Program-made: the position numbers and the translations under genes
DNA from: Candidatus Didemnitutus sp.
GTDB taxonomy: Bacteria > Verrucomicrobiota > Verrucomicrobiia > Opitutales > Opitutaceae
NCBI GenBank assembly: GCA_023701285.1
Contig: JAMPXH010000005.1
Span: 2,240 to 66,239 of the forward strand
Direction of reading: 5' to 3'
Length of the DNA: 64,000 bases
The notes under the pieces: generated by a model
Databases searched by the model: none
What the model was told of the DNA's origin: nothing
What the model saw: the letters and a program-made list of their open reading frames with translations, nothing else
Shown here: positions 49,193 through 59,894 of the stretch, in pieces
Layout: every line of letters begins with the position of its first letter
Numbering within the stretch: position 1 is the stretch's first letter

Positions 49193-50809
49193 TCAGCTGG
49201 GTTGGGGGACGGCCGCCGCTTCGCGACGCAGTTCTCGCCGCAGGTATTTGCCGACGCCGGATTTGGGCAGTGAATCACGGATTTCGACGATTCTGGGCGT
49301 CTTGTAGGCGGCGAGGCGCTCGCGGCAAAACGCGATCACACTTTCCGGCGAGAGGATTGCTCCGGCGTGCGGGACGATGCAGGCCTTGACCGTCTCGCCT
49401 CGGTAGGAATCGGGCACGCCGATCACGAGGGCTTCGCGGATATGCGGATGGGTGAAGAGCACTTCCTCGATCTCGCGGGGATAGATGTTGAATCCGCCGG
49501 CGAGGATGAGGTCCTTCTTGCGATCGACGATGGTGTAGAATCCGTCGGCGTCGCGCACTGCGATGTCGCCGGTGTGCAGCCAGCCGCCGCGCAAGACGAG
49601 GGCGGTCTCGTCCGCCTTTTCCCAGTAACCGCGCATGACCTGCGGGCCGCGCAGGATGAGTTCGCCGGGCTCGCCGACCGGCAGTTCGCGTGTGCCGGTC
49701 TCCGCGTCGACGATCCGGCATTCCGTGTCGCGCACGGGCCGGCCGATCGTGCCGGGACGGTTTTCCGGGCCGGAGTTGAAGTGGCTCACCGGGGAACATT
49801 CGCTCAGGCCGTAGCCTTCGATCAGGCGCGCACCATCGGATAACAGTTCCTCGAAGCGCCGGTGCACCTCCTGCGCGATGGGCGCTCCTCCGGTGACACA
49901 GCAGCGGAGCGAGCGGAAATCTTCCGCGCCGACGCCGGGCACGTTGAGGAAACCGACATACATCGTCGGCACGCCGTGAAAGAAGGCGGGACGGTGACGA
50001 CGGATGGCCGCAAGCGTGAGTGCGGCGTCGAAGCGGGGCAGGATCAGCAGGGTGCCACCGCTTTCCAGCGCCGAGAGCATGACGCAAGTCAACGCGAAGA
50101 TATGGAACAGCGGCAGGACGGCCACGGAGAATTCGGGCCCGGCGTCGCCGCCGCTGAGGCGTTCGCGCGTCTGATGGATGTTCACCCAAAAATTGGCGTG
50201 GGTGAGCATCGCCCCCTTGGAGGTGCCGGTGGTGCCGCCGGTGTATTGCAGGCATGCGATGTCATCGGGCACTTGCTGGGGCAGTTCGCCTGGTCGGCAG
50301 CGGAGCAGATCGCTCCAGCGCACGGGGCCGTCCGGGAGCCGGTCGAGCGGTGCGCCGTGCAACGCCGCGGCGAGGCGCGGAAATCCGTTCGGGGCATACT
50401 CCGTGTCCTCGGTGAGGATCACGCGTCCGAGCGCGGGGCATTCCGCTTGCGCCGTTGTGACCAGCGCGACCAGCCGTGCGTCGGCCACCACGACCTTGGC
50501 ACCGGCGTCGCGCCATTGGTGGACGGCCTCGCGCAGGGTGTAGAGCGGACTCGTGGTGGTGACGATCGCGCCGGCGGAGAGCGCGCCGAAGAAGGCGATG
50601 ACGAATTGCGGGCAGTTCGGGAGCAGCAGCGCCACGCGATCGCCAGGACCCACGCCAGCGGCTTGGAATCCCGCCGCGGCACGGCGCACATGGTCCAGCA
50701 GGGCAGCGTAGGTGAAGTGCTGATCGAGGTAGATCAAGGCGTCGCGTTCGGGCGCGCGCCGGGCGGATCGCTCCAGGAGGAGCGGCAGGGTGGATGGCGT
50801 GGATGTCAT
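49193..50809 (-). CDS. fadD: Long-chain acyl-CoA synthetase (FadD-like)
   Basis: YTGGTTGTSKG, EGYGLSE, GWLHTGD, DRKKDLI, YPREIEE and PKSGVGK. Confidence 0.85.
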   Translation of the reverse strand: MTSTPSTLPLLLERSARRAPERDALIYLDQHFTYAALLDHVRRAAAGFQAAGVGPGDRVALLLPNCPQFVIAFFGALSAGAIVTTTSPLYTLREAVHQWRDAGAKVVVADARLVALVTTAQAECPALGRVILTEDTEYAPNGFPRLAAALHGAPLDRLPDGPVRWSDLLRCRPGELPQQVPDDIACLQYTGGTTGTSKGAMLTHANFWVNIHQTRERLSGGDAGPEFSVAVLPLFHIFALTCVMLSALESGGTLLILPRFDAALTLAAIRRHRPAFFHGVPTMYVGFLNVPGVGAEDFRSLRCCVTGGAPIAQEVHRRFEELLSDGARLIEGYGLSECSPVSHFNSGPENRPGTIGRPVRDTECRIVDAETGTRELPVGEPGELILRGPQVMRGYWEKADETALVLRGGWLHTGDIAVRDADGFYTIVDRKKDLILAGGFNIYPREIEEVLFTHPHIREALVIGVPDSYRGETVKACIVPHAGAILSPESVIAFCRERLAAYKTPRIVEIRDSLPKSGVGKYLRRELRREAAAVPQPS

Positions 50810-50819
50810 GGGGTAACAT

Positions 50820-50833
50820 ATGATAAATATCAC
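50820..50833. promoter_or_regulatory. Operator copy 1: ATGATAAATATCAC (TGATA-N2-TATCA)
   Basis: Dyad 11 bp upstream of the fadD ATG in an AT-rich intergenic region. Confidence 0.55.
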
Positions 50834-50934
50834 AATAATGTGGGCGATGTCAAACAGGACTCCAGTTTCAATCTGGTTGGCTCATTCAAATAGGCCGAGA
50901 AGCTTGCGCGCGGATTCGCCACAAGCGAATTAAT

Positions 50935-50948
50935 ATGATAATTATCAT
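50935..50948. promoter_or_regulatory. Operator copy 2: perfect palindrome ATGATAATTATCAT (Fur-box-like)
   Basis: Perfect 14-bp palindrome upstream of the TonB receptor, with the same core as copy 1. Confidence 0.6.
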
Positions 50949-51036
50949 TTTATCTTGCCATGGCGTGGATCGCCCGGGCAGGTTGCCGTCACCCCCACGG
51001 AGGCGAGCTGCTGTCCGCCTCATATCCCCGAAGATC

Positions 51037-53484
51037 ATGAATCACCCCGTCACCCACCCATGCCGCTTCCTTTTCCGGGGAGCGTTTTTCGCCTTCGTCG
51101 GCGCGGCCGGCGTCGCTTTCGGCCAGGAGCCCGCGCGGCCTGCCGTCGCTCCCGAATCGGAGACCGTTGCGCTGCCCGAGTTCACCGTCACTTCGCGAGC
51201 CGCCAGCGAATACGCGGCCACGGAGTCGACCACCGGCACGCGCGTCGCGAGCAAGATCCTCGACCTGCCGTTCGTGGTGAACACGGTGACGTCGCAGTTC
51301 ATGGAGGAGTTCAGCCTGCTCGAGTTCGCCGAGCAGTTCGCCTACACGAGCAACTTCGTGGCGTCCGAAAACCTCTGGGGCGGCTACAACCTCCGCGGCT
51401 TCGCGGCGCAGCTGCAGCTGCGGAATGGATTTCGCCGGAACGGGCTTTCCGATCGCGTGAACGTCGATCGAGCCGAGGTTATCAAAGGGCCGACCGCCGC
51501 CATTTACGGCATTACGACCCCTTCGGGCGCGATCAACCTCGTCACGCGCCGTCCGCAGACGAAGGAGGCCTATCGTGTCTCCGTCTCGGGCGGTTCGCAC
51601 GAGTTCTGGCGCGGGGAATTCTCGGCGACGGGGCCGATCAGCCCGCATCTGTTTTACCGCGTGGATGCCACGCAGTGGACGCGCGATCCCGATCCCGTGC
51701 ACAAGCGCGCGGAGCTCGGCACGGTGTCCGGCGTGCTGCTGTTCAAACCGAGCGAGAGCACGAGCCTCAGCTTGGAATACGAATTCCTCGAGCGCCGCGA
51801 GCAGGGCATCTCCGGCGCCGTGATGCCGAGCACGCAGGTGCCGAACGTGCAGGACCCGTATCGCGCCACCGGCGGCCTCTACACCGCCAACACCCGTCTC
51901 GCGACCGAGCTGTGGGACTACAATTTCCAGGGCCCGCGCAACTACTCCCACCGCAACATCCACAACATCATCGCGTCGTTCGAGCATCGCTTCAACCAGA
52001 ACGTCTCACTGCGCAGCTCTGCGAACTGGTGGCGCCGCCTCACCGAGCGCAACGAGGTCGCCTCGCGCAACGTGTATCGCCCCGATCTCAGCCCGGCGAA
52101 CGGCGGCTCGATCTCCCGCGGCACGCCGCAATACCGCGCGATCACCGAGGGCGTCGGCGGCTGGCAGACGGATCTGCTGTCCCACTTCGAGACGGGCCCG
52201 GTGAAACACAAACTGCTCCTGACTCTCGATTACGGCCGCCATACCCAGACCGATTCGAAGGCCTACCAGATGACCAACCTGGCGGCGGGCATGCCGGGCC
52301 TCGGCGCCGCCGTGCCGATCAACGATCCGCGGCTCGAGTATTTTTCCAACTACCACGAGAACCCCGCGCTCTATAACAACGACGTCCCATCGCTGCACAC
52401 CGACCTCTTCATCGACGTCGTTGGGCTCTTCGTGAGTGAGCGCGCGTTCCTGCTGGACGAGCGCCTGATCCTGCTCGCCGGCATGCGCTACGACTGGGTG
52501 CGCAACGAACTGGAGGATCACCTTGCGACCAACCCCGCCAGTCGCGTCACCGAACAGGTCGAGCGCAAGCTCACTTACCAGGCCGGCCTGAACTATGCCG
52601 TCCGCCCGTGGCTGCGGGTTTACGCGAATGCGAGCACGTCGTTCTTCCCGCAGATCCAGGCGGGCAACGCCGTGGGCATCAGTCCGGTCGACGGCAGCAC
52701 CTTCGCCCTGCCCAACGAAGAGGGCCACGGCGTCGATGCGGGCATCAAGGTCAGTGCGTTTGACGGCAATCTCTCCTTCACCGCCGGCTGGTTCGACATC
52801 ACTCGCGAGAAGGTGGCGGATCGGGTCAACGCCGACACCAGTGCGGGCGCGCTCTCCGTGACCTATGTCTCCGGCGAGCAGTCGTCGCGCGGTTTCGAGA
52901 GCGATTTCAACTGGGTGGCGACGCCTGAGCTGCAATTCTTCGGTGGCTACGGCTACACCGAGGCGACTTACGACAGTCACCCGCTGCGCTGGCTCATCGG
53001 CTTGCCGCTGCGGAACGCACCGAAGCAAACGGTCAGCCTCGGCACGCGCTACGAGTTCAAGGAAGGGGCGCTGCGCGGCCTCTACTTCACCGCCGGCTAC
53101 CGCTACAACAGCGCCAATCCCACCAATCCCGCCGGCAGCGGACGCACGCTGACTTCCGCGCAGGTTGCCGCCGCCGCGGGCACGGCCGCGCCGTTTCTGA
53201 ACAACCCGTTCCCCAACGGCGAACTGCCCCGGCCCGATCTTGCCCCGGGCGCGATCATCCCCAGCGGCACGCTCAATCTGCCCAACGGCATCGAGAACTA
53301 CATCACACCGCCGTATCACACCGTCGATGTGGGTCTCGGCTACCGTTGGCGGTCGGCCGATCGCCGTTTCCGTCACCGCGTCCAGCTGAACGGCAAAAAC
53401 ATCCTCGATGAACGCTATTTCCTCGGGTCCGGCCTCGCCGCCGACGGCATGAGCTGGACGCTGAGCTACGACCTCGCGTTTTGA
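51037..53484 (+). CDS. TonB-dependent outer membrane receptor
   Basis: Signal peptide, TonB-box-like [10 protein letters not shown], plug TGTRVA...[14 protein letters not shown]...SGAINLV, and terminal aromatic residue (YDLAF). Confidence 0.93.
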   Translation: MNHPVTHPCRFLFRGAFFAFVGAAGVAFGQEPARPAVAPESETVALPEFTVTSRAASEYAATESTTGTRVASKILDLPFVVNTVTSQFMEEFSLLEFAEQFAYTSNFVASENLWGGYNLRGFAAQLQLRNGFRRNGLSDRVNVDRAEVIKGPTAAIYGITTPSGAINLVTRRPQTKEAYRVSVSGGSHEFWRGEFSATGPISPHLFYRVDATQWTRDPDPVHKRAELGTVSGVLLFKPSESTSLSLEYEFLERREQGISGAVMPSTQVPNVQDPYRATGGLYTANTRLATELWDYNFQGPRNYSHRNIHNIIASFEHRFNQNVSLRSSANWWRRLTERNEVASRNVYRPDLSPANGGSISRGTPQYRAITEGVGGWQTDLLSHFETGPVKHKLLLTLDYGRHTQTDSKAYQMTNLAAGMPGLGAAVPINDPRLEYFSNYHENPALYNNDVPSLHTDLFIDVVGLFVSERAFLLDERLILLAGMRYDWVRNELEDHLATNPASRVTEQVERKLTYQAGLNYAVRPWLRVYANASTSFFPQIQAGNAVGISPVDGSTFALPNEEGHGVDAGIKVSAFDGNLSFTAGWFDITREKVADRVNADTSAGALSVTYVSGEQSSRGFESDFNWVATPELQFFGGYGYTEATYDSHPLRWLIGLPLRNAPKQTVSLGTRYEFKEGALRGLYFTAGYRYNSANPTNPAGSGRTLTSAQVAAAAGTAAPFLNNPFPNGELPRPDLAPGAIIPSGTLNLPNGIENYITPPYHTVDVGLGYRWRSADRRFRHRVQLNGKNILDERYFLGSGLAADGMSWTLSYDLAF

Positions 53485-53663
53485 GCCCCGCCAACCAGGG
53501 GGTGGCTGGGCTCGGCGCGGGACGCGGGCGACAGCAACCGTGCCCCGCGCCACGTCCGGCCACCCCCGGCGCAAGGACCGTCTTTCCCGCCCCCTCGCGT
53601 GTGCGCCGTCCGGCATCGCCGTCGCCGCGCGATCCCTCCGATGCCGTTGTTATCCGGAATCAC

Positions 53664-55418
53664 ATGAAGCTACGCTCCATGCCCGTGCGTCTCACGCGCG
53701 CACTCCTCCTCGGGACGCTCCTCGGCGTCGCGAGTTCCCCGGCCATCGCCCTCGACCCCAGCCTGCCGCCGTCGGGCAACTTCGACCTCACGAAGTGGAA
53801 CATCACGTTGCCAGTCGACGGCTCGGGCGGGTTCAGCGGCACGCCGCTCACCATCCTGCCTTCGCAGCTCTCCGCCGGCTACGCCTACGCACCGTATTTT
53901 TATACCGGTGCGGACGGAGCGATGGTCTTCGGCGTGCCCTACAACGGCGCCGCCGGCGGCACGTCGTCGCACCCGCGCAGCGAACTGCGCGAGTCCAATC
54001 CCGACGACACGCTGCGCAATTGGAAACCGGGCGACTACAGCGGCACGCACATCATGGATGCGATCTGCGTCGTGGAGGACGTGGGCGACGGGAAAGTCTC
54101 CCTCGGCCAGATCCACGGCAAGGAGCCGAACGTTCCCGCCATCATCCTGCGCTTCGACAACACCGTGTCGCCCGCGCGCGTCTATTGCACCGTGAAGCGC
54201 AACCCCAGCTCGCTCTCGTCGCAGGACACGCTCTATTTCACCAACAACATCGCCGTCGGCGAACCGATCACGTATCGTCTCCGCATCGACGGCTCGGCCA
54301 CCAGCTGCCTCTTCTCTGTCACCGTCAACGGCGTCACTCAGACGATCGACATGTATGCCAACAACTCCGATTGGGCCGACGTGACGTTCTACTACAAGGC
54401 CGGCGCCTACTACACCAATCCCGATGACGGCGAGACGGCGGTCGTGAGTTTCTATCATCTGAACGTCAGCCACGACGGCGACGGCCCCGCGATCACCACG
54501 GCCACACTGCCCAACGCCCAGCTCGGCGTTGCCTACAGCCAGTCGCTCGCGGCCAGTGGCGGCACGACGCCCTACACTTGGTCGCTGGTGGGCGGGGCTC
54601 TGCCTTCCGGCGTGAGCCTGAACAGCGCGGGCCTTATCAGCGGCACGCCGTCGGCCACGGGCACATTCAACTTCACCGCGCAAGTCAGCGACGCGGCGAG
54701 CGCCACCGCCACCCGCGCGCTTTCGCTCACGGTCGAGGCGGCGGCGACGCAGGTGGCCACGCCGGTGTTCTCCCCGGCGGGCGGCACCTACACCGCACCG
54801 CAGAGCGTGGCCCTCAGCACCGCGACGAGCGGTGCGCAAATCCGCTACACGATCGACGGCACGACGCCGAGTCCGACTTACGGCACGCTCTACACCGGGC
54901 CGGGCACGGTCGGTGCGTCGATGACGATCAAGGCCATCGCCTACAAGAGCGGCCTGCTGGATTCCGCCATCGCCACGGCGACCTACACGATCACCTCCGG
55001 CAACGTCGTGCCGGCGATTGTCGAAGCCGAGGCGGCGACGGTCGACTCCGGTTACTGGAGCTTGGTGACGGACAGCGGGGCGTCGGGCGGCCAGGCGTTG
55101 CGTGCGCTGGTCAGCAGCACCGGATCTCCGCCGGCGGGGGGCGGGGCGGTCTACACATTCACGCTGTCGAGTGCCGCCACGGTTTACTTCCACGCCAAAG
55201 GGCTCGCCGGCAACGCGAGCGCCAACGAGGTGTGGGTGCGGGTGAACAATGGATCGTGGACGAACCTGAACTTCACCTGGCTCGGCAGCGGCTACAAATG
55301 GAAGCGCACCTCCGCCAGCCTGGCGGCGGGCACGCATACGTTCGAGATCCGCTGCTGCGAGGCGAACACGCAGATCGATCAGGTCGCCGCGACCCTGTCC
55401 TCCAGCGATCCGAATTGA
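53664..55418 (+). CDS. Secreted modular PL7 (alginate lyase-type) polysaccharide lyase: PL7 + Ig-like (He_PIG) + chitobiase/Fn3-associated + CBM-like domain
   Basis: [28 protein letters not shown]; [25 protein letters not shown]; [12 protein letters not shown]; VEAEAA CBM6/35-like tail. Confidence 0.88.
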   Translation: MKLRSMPVRLTRALLLGTLLGVASSPAIALDPSLPPSGNFDLTKWNITLPVDGSGGFSGTPLTILPSQLSAGYAYAPYFYTGADGAMVFGVPYNGAAGGTSSHPRSELRESNPDDTLRNWKPGDYSGTHIMDAICVVEDVGDGKVSLGQIHGKEPNVPAIILRFDNTVSPARVYCTVKRNPSSLSSQDTLYFTNNIAVGEPITYRLRIDGSATSCLFSVTVNGVTQTIDMYANNSDWADVTFYYKAGAYYTNPDDGETAVVSFYHLNVSHDGDGPAITTATLPNAQLGVAYSQSLAASGGTTPYTWSLVGGALPSGVSLNSAGLISGTPSATGTFNFTAQVSDAASATATRALSLTVEAAATQVATPVFSPAGGTYTAPQSVALSTATSGAQIRYTIDGTTPSPTYGTLYTGPGTVGASMTIKAIAYKSGLLDSAIATATYTITSGNVVPAIVEAEAATVDSGYWSLVTDSGASGGQALRALVSSTGSPPAGGGAVYTFTLSSAATVYFHAKGLAGNASANEVWVRVNNGSWTNLNFTWLGSGYKWKRTSASLAAGTHTFEIRCCEANTQIDQVAATLSSSDPN

Positions 55419-55521
55419 GCGCGGACTGATGCGTGGCGGACGTCCGATACGTCCGCCACTTTGCGGAAAGGCAAGGAAGGCAGGATCCGCGACGATCCCG
55501 TCTCTCTGCTGCCGCGGCCCG

Positions 55522-56601
55522 TTAGCGGGCCTTCTTCGTCCGCGGCGCCGGGCCGGTGGTCTCGCCGGGGAAAAACTGCGCGGCGAGCACCGTCTGGGTG
55601 AGATTCTCCGCGGCTTCTCCGCGATGATCGATCAATAGCATGGCCGCGGTCGTGCCGAGTTTTTCCGGATCGGCCGAGGCGCAGCTGATGCGCGGATGCT
55701 CGACGCGGCAGACCCGCGAGGCATCCACGGCCGCCACACTGAAATCGCGCGGCACCGCGTGTCCGGCCAGGCTGAGTGCGCGGTGCACATGGCGCGCGAT
55801 GACGCCGTTGAAGCACAGGATGGCCGTGGGGGGATTGCGGCGGCGGATGAATTCCCCGAAACGACGGGCAAAATCGTCGGAGGCGCCCGGATCGGGCGGC
55901 AACGTGAGGTGGTCGGCTTCGTCGAGGGCCAAGTCGCGTCGGGTCAGGGCCCGGCGGAGCGCTTCGAGACGCTCGGTGTAGCGGCCGGAACCCTTGAAGG
56001 AATCGATCCACGCGAATCGTGTGTGCCCCTGCTCGGCGAGGTGCGCGACGAGTTGCTCGACGGCTTGGTCTTCGTTCGACAACACCGCGTGGCAGAGACC
56101 GGGATAAAGCGCGCTGACGGTGACGACGCGCGGCGTGCAAAGGCGGATCTCGTCGAGGAAGCGCGGGCTGATCTCGCCGATGACGGCCACGCCGCGCGGT
56201 GCATCCGCGCCGCCGAGATGCTGGCGCAACGTTTCGCGATCAAGCTGGTCCTCGGCGCCGAGGAGCACGGTGGAGTGCCGGTGCTGCGCCAGCGTGCTTT
56301 GCAAGCCGTGCAGCACATGGCTCGTGTGCGGGAAATTCGCCATCTCCACGAAGTTCAGTCCGGCGCGCAGCACGACGCAGATCTGCCGCACGGCGACGCT
56401 CTCCGCGACCGCGCTGCTGTGCATGCCCTTGGGGTGGTAGCCGCTCTTGCGGGCGTGCTCCCAGATGAGCTCGTAGGTGGCGGGATCGACGCCGCGCCGG
56501 CCGCCGTTCAGGACTTTCGAGACCAGCGCTTGGGAGAGATCGAGGTCGCGGGCGATGCTGGTCTGGGTGACTTTGTGCGGGCGGCGAGGCACAGCTGGCA
56601 T
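55522..56601 (-). CDS. LacI-family transcriptional regulator
   Basis: VTQTSIARDLDLSQALVSKVLNG HTH plus a sugar-binding-like domain (VPRDFSVAAVD). Confidence 0.92.
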   Translation of the reverse strand: MPAVPRRPHKVTQTSIARDLDLSQALVSKVLNGGRRGVDPATYELIWEHARKSGYHPKGMHSSAVAESVAVRQICVVLRAGLNFVEMANFPHTSHVLHGLQSTLAQHRHSTVLLGAEDQLDRETLRQHLGGADAPRGVAVIGEISPRFLDEIRLCTPRVVTVSALYPGLCHAVLSNEDQAVEQLVAHLAEQGHTRFAWIDSFKGSGRYTERLEALRRALTRRDLALDEADHLTLPPDPGASDDFARRFGEFIRRRNPPTAILCFNGVIARHVHRALSLAGHAVPRDFSVAAVDASRVCRVEHPRISCASADPEKLGTTAAMLLIDHRGEAAENLTQTVLAAQFFPGETTGPAPRTKKAR

Positions 56602-56730
56602 GGTGCTGCGCTCCTCAGGGCCTGCAAGCTGCGAGATGCGGAGACGCGGACTGGAGCGCAGTGGAGGCAGTGCGCTGCATCGCGCCGCCTGAGTGCAGAG
56701 CCTGAAGGAATGCCGCTGCGGCCGGGCCGT

Positions 56731-56743
56731 TAACCGCCGGTTA
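56731..56743. promoter_or_regulatory. Palindrome TAACCG-C-CGGTTA between divergent lacI and pldA
   Basis: Perfect 6-bp arms; 12/13 identical to the dyad core at 16283-16295. Confidence 0.4.
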
Positions 56744-56801
56744 CTGCGCCGCGAGATTCAAAGTCATTCCCGCGGCGCGCAGGTGTTGCTAGATTCGCGG
56801 C

Positions 56802-58028
56802 ATGAAATTTTTCCTGCGTCATTCCCGCGCGATCCATGTCGCCGGTGCACTTGTGGGGGCGCTGCTGCTCGTGTCCGGTCCGTTGGCGCGGGCGGCGACG
56901 GAGCTCGCGCCGGGCTTCACGGGCGCGCTGATTGCGCCGACGGAGGAGTCGGTGCCGGGTGCGCCGGTGGTGGTCGAGTGGCTGGCGCTCAATGCCGGTC
57001 CGGCCCCGGTGTCGTTCGCGCCGCCGCCGCGCATTGAGGCGCGCCTGACGCGCGGCGACCAGAGCTGGCTCGTGACGTTGCGTGCGCTCGAACCGGCGGC
57101 GGTGGAGCTCGCGCCCGGCGGGTTTCACCGTTTCCGCTACGAACTCGTCGTGCCGCACGATTGCAGCGGGTTGATCGTCTTGGAAACGCTCCTGCCCGGG
57201 CAGCCGGTGGCTCGCGCGGCGTGGCCGGTGGCGCCGCACGCGGTGGCGGAGGAGAAGGAGCCGTTCCGCAAGATGGCCGGGTTGAAGGCGGCGGCGGACG
57301 AGATCGAGCGCACCTTCCAGGGACGGCTCGCGGCGCACGAGTCGATCTACTTCGTCTACGGCGCGGACGCTCCGGCGGCGAAGTTCCAGTTCAGTTTCAA
57401 ATACCGTCTGATGAATCTCACGGACGGCGACGCCACGCGCCTGCCACTCACGTTGCAGGCCGGCTACACGCAGCGTTCGCTGTGGGATATCAGCGCGGAC
57501 TCGAGCCCGTTCTACGACACGAGCTACATGCCGGAGCTGATCTTCGAGTCGCTCGCGCCGCTGCATGAGCAGCAGGCGGTGCGCTGGCTCGGCTACCAAG
57601 TCGCGTTCAAGCACGAGTCGAACGGGCGCGCGGGCGACATTTCCCGCAGCCTGAACACGGTGTATCTGCGCTCGGGGTTCACGCTCGGGCGGATGGACGA
57701 CTGGCATCTGATCGTCGCGCCGGAAATCTTCCTCTACGTCGGTTCTCGCGAAAACAATCCCGACATCGCCGACTACCGTGGCTACGGTCAGTTGCGCGTG
57801 GCGCTCGGCCGTTACCAGAACGGGCCGGCGCTGATCTATACGGGGCATGTCGGCCGCGGCTGGGAGCGTTTCTCGCACCAACTCGACCTCACGGTGCCGT
57901 TCAAGACCTCGCTCCTCGATTTCGAGACCTACGTGCTCGTGCAGTATTTCAACGGCTACGGCGAAAGCCTGCTTTCGTATCGCGACAAGTTCGAGACCGT
58001 CCGCGCCGGCATCTCCTTCGTGCGCTGA
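56802..58028 (+). CDS. pldA: Outer membrane phospholipase A (OMPLA) with N-terminal extension
   Basis: KFQFSFKY, YTQRSLW, SSPFYDTSYMPE, HESNG, SRSLN, NPDIADYRG and YFNGYGESLLSY. Confidence 0.9.
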   Translation: MKFFLRHSRAIHVAGALVGALLLVSGPLARAATELAPGFTGALIAPTEESVPGAPVVVEWLALNAGPAPVSFAPPPRIEARLTRGDQSWLVTLRALEPAAVELAPGGFHRFRYELVVPHDCSGLIVLETLLPGQPVARAAWPVAPHAVAEEKEPFRKMAGLKAAADEIERTFQGRLAAHESIYFVYGADAPAAKFQFSFKYRLMNLTDGDATRLPLTLQAGYTQRSLWDISADSSPFYDTSYMPELIFESLAPLHEQQAVRWLGYQVAFKHESNGRAGDISRSLNTVYLRSGFTLGRMDDWHLIVAPEIFLYVGSRENNPDIADYRGYGQLRVALGRYQNGPALIYTGHVGRGWERFSHQLDLTVPFKTSLLDFETYVLVQYFNGYGESLLSYRDKFETVRAGISFVR

Positions 58029-58254
58029 GCCGGCGCAAAGCGTCCTGCGCGCGCCGGCGCCGGGTCGGAAGCGAGGATTGCCCCGCGTTGCGTCAGGCGG
58101 GGTGGGGCGGGGGCGGCGGTCGTCCGTTGCTGCCGTGAAAAAGAGGCCACCGGCCCGCGGCGCCGGTCCTTTGGGACGGTCTTTCCGGCCGACCCGGCTT
58201 GTCGGCATTTTGTGAATAAGAATCAGCGTTTTGCGCCGGCTTTTTACTTGCGTG

Positions 58255-58291
58255 TGGGGTGTAAAATGGGGAAAAAGGGGGCGTTCTGGGG
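58255..58291 (+). promoter_or_regulatory. MraZ-binding direct repeats of the dcw promoter
   Basis: TGGGG at 58267, GGGGG at 58277 and TGGGG at 58287 (10-bp period), plus TGGGG at 58255. Matches the known TGGGN repeat operator of MraZ. Confidence 0.75.
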
Positions 58292-58327
58292 AAGAGAGCA
58301 ACACGAGCCCTGGAGCACACCCGTTTC

Positions 58328-58777
58328 ATGGCTTCCGCAGGCACAGTCTATTCCGGCCGTTTCGAGCACACGCTCGACGACAAGAATCGTCTCACGATTC
58401 CGTCGGCTTGGCGCTGGACGCACTCGGACACCGAGACCTTCCTCGCGATGCCGCATCCGGACGGCTACGTCGCGGTGCTGCCGCCGGCGCGCGTCGAGAA
58501 GCTCCTCGCGCAGATCTCGGAGATGAAGCTCTCGGACCGCGACGCGCAGGCCGTGAAGGCGCGCATCTTCTCCTCGGCCCTGTCGTTCACGTTCGACAAG
58601 CAAGGCCGCTTCGGCGCGAGCGCCGATCTCCTCACCCACGCCGGCATCGCGAAGGACGCGGTGCTCGTCGGCATGGGCGACACTTTCAACATCATGAGCC
58701 CGTCGCGCTGGCAGGACATGCAGCGCGCCACCGCGGGCGAGAACTTCGGCGACATGATGCGCCGCATCGGCCTCTAA
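58328..58777 (+). CDS. mraZ: Division/cell wall cluster transcriptional repressor MraZ
   Basis: HTLDDKNRLTIPS and FDKQGRF duplicated SpoVT/AbrB motifs; first gene of dcw. Confidence 0.95.
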   Translation: MASAGTVYSGRFEHTLDDKNRLTIPSAWRWTHSDTETFLAMPHPDGYVAVLPPARVEKLLAQISEMKLSDRDAQAVKARIFSSALSFTFDKQGRFGASADLLTHAGIAKDAVLVGMGDTFNIMSPSRWQDMQRATAGENFGDMMRRIGL

Positions 58778-58920
58778 GCGAAGCGCGATGAGCACCACGA
58801 ACCAACCGGCCCCGACCATGATCATCCGCACCCAGCCTTTGCCCAAGCTTTCCATGGTCGCCTGCGCGCAGAAGCGCGCCTTGCGGGGAGTCACGCCAAT
58901 CCTCCGCCGCAAGAAAAACC

Positions 58921-59871
58921 ATGCCCGCCGCGCCGCTTGATCTTCATCCGGCCCAAATGATCCCGGGGCACCAGCCGGTTCTCCTGTCCGAGGTCCTTGC
59001 CCACCTCGCGCCGGAGCCCGGCCGGTCGTATCTCGATTGCACGTTCGGCGGCGGCGGTCATACGCGCGCCATCCTGCAGACCGGCGCCAGCGTCGTCGCG
59101 CTCGACCGCGATCCTTCCGCGCAACCCCGGGCGGCGGCGGTGCAGGCGGAGTTTCCCGGCACCTTCCGCTTCGTCGACCAGAACTTCGGCGACGTCGCCG
59201 CGCTGCCCGACACGGGCTTCGCCGGCATCCTCTTCGACCTCGGTGTCTCGTCGTTCCAACTCGATGAGGCCGGGCGCGGCTTCGCGTTCCGCCACGATGC
59301 ACCGGCCGACATGCGCATGAACCCGCGCGAAGGCCAGCCGGCCGCGCGCTGGCTCGAGGTCGCCAGCCACGATGCGCTCGTCCGTGCCATCCGCGATTTT
59401 GGCGAGGAGCAAAATTGGCGTCGCGTCGTGCAGGCCATCGAGGCCGCCCGCGGCACCGGCCGGCTCGCGCGCACCGCTTCGCTCGCCGAGGTCATCGCCG
59501 ATGCGATCCCCAACGCCGTGAAGCGCGAGAGCAAGATCCACCCGGCCACGCGCTCGTTCCAAGGCATCCGCATCGCCGTGAACGACGAGATCGGCGCCAT
59601 CGAGCGCGCGCTGCCCGCCGCCTTCGACCGTCTCGCGCCCGGCGGCGTGCTCGCCGTCATCAGCTTCCACTCGCTGGAGGATCGCCCGGTGAAGCAGTTC
59701 TACCGCCGCGCCTGCGGCCTGCCGGTCGACGCCAACGATAGCATGCCGCAGCAGCTCCGCCCGAAGCACGCCGAGCTCCTCACGCGCAAGCCGGTCGTCC
59801 CGACCGCCGCCGAGATTTCCACCAATCCCCGCAGCCGCTCCGCCAAGCTGCGCGCCCTCCGCAAACTCTGA
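58921..59871 (+). CDS. rsmH: 16S rRNA m4C1402 methyltransferase
   Basis: [34 protein letters not shown] and [10 protein letters not shown]. An alternative start lies at 58957. Confidence 0.96.
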   Translation: MPAAPLDLHPAQMIPGHQPVLLSEVLAHLAPEPGRSYLDCTFGGGGHTRAILQTGASVVALDRDPSAQPRAAAVQAEFPGTFRFVDQNFGDVAALPDTGFAGILFDLGVSSFQLDEAGRGFAFRHDAPADMRMNPREGQPAARWLEVASHDALVRAIRDFGEEQNWRRVVQAIEAARGTGRLARTASLAEVIADAIPNAVKRESKIHPATRSFQGIRIAVNDEIGAIERALPAAFDRLAPGGVLAVISFHSLEDRPVKQFYRRACGLPVDANDSMPQQLRPKHAELLTRKPVVPTAAEISTNPRSRSAKLRALRKL

Positions 59872-59894
59872 TTCCCGTCCATACCCCCGCTGAC

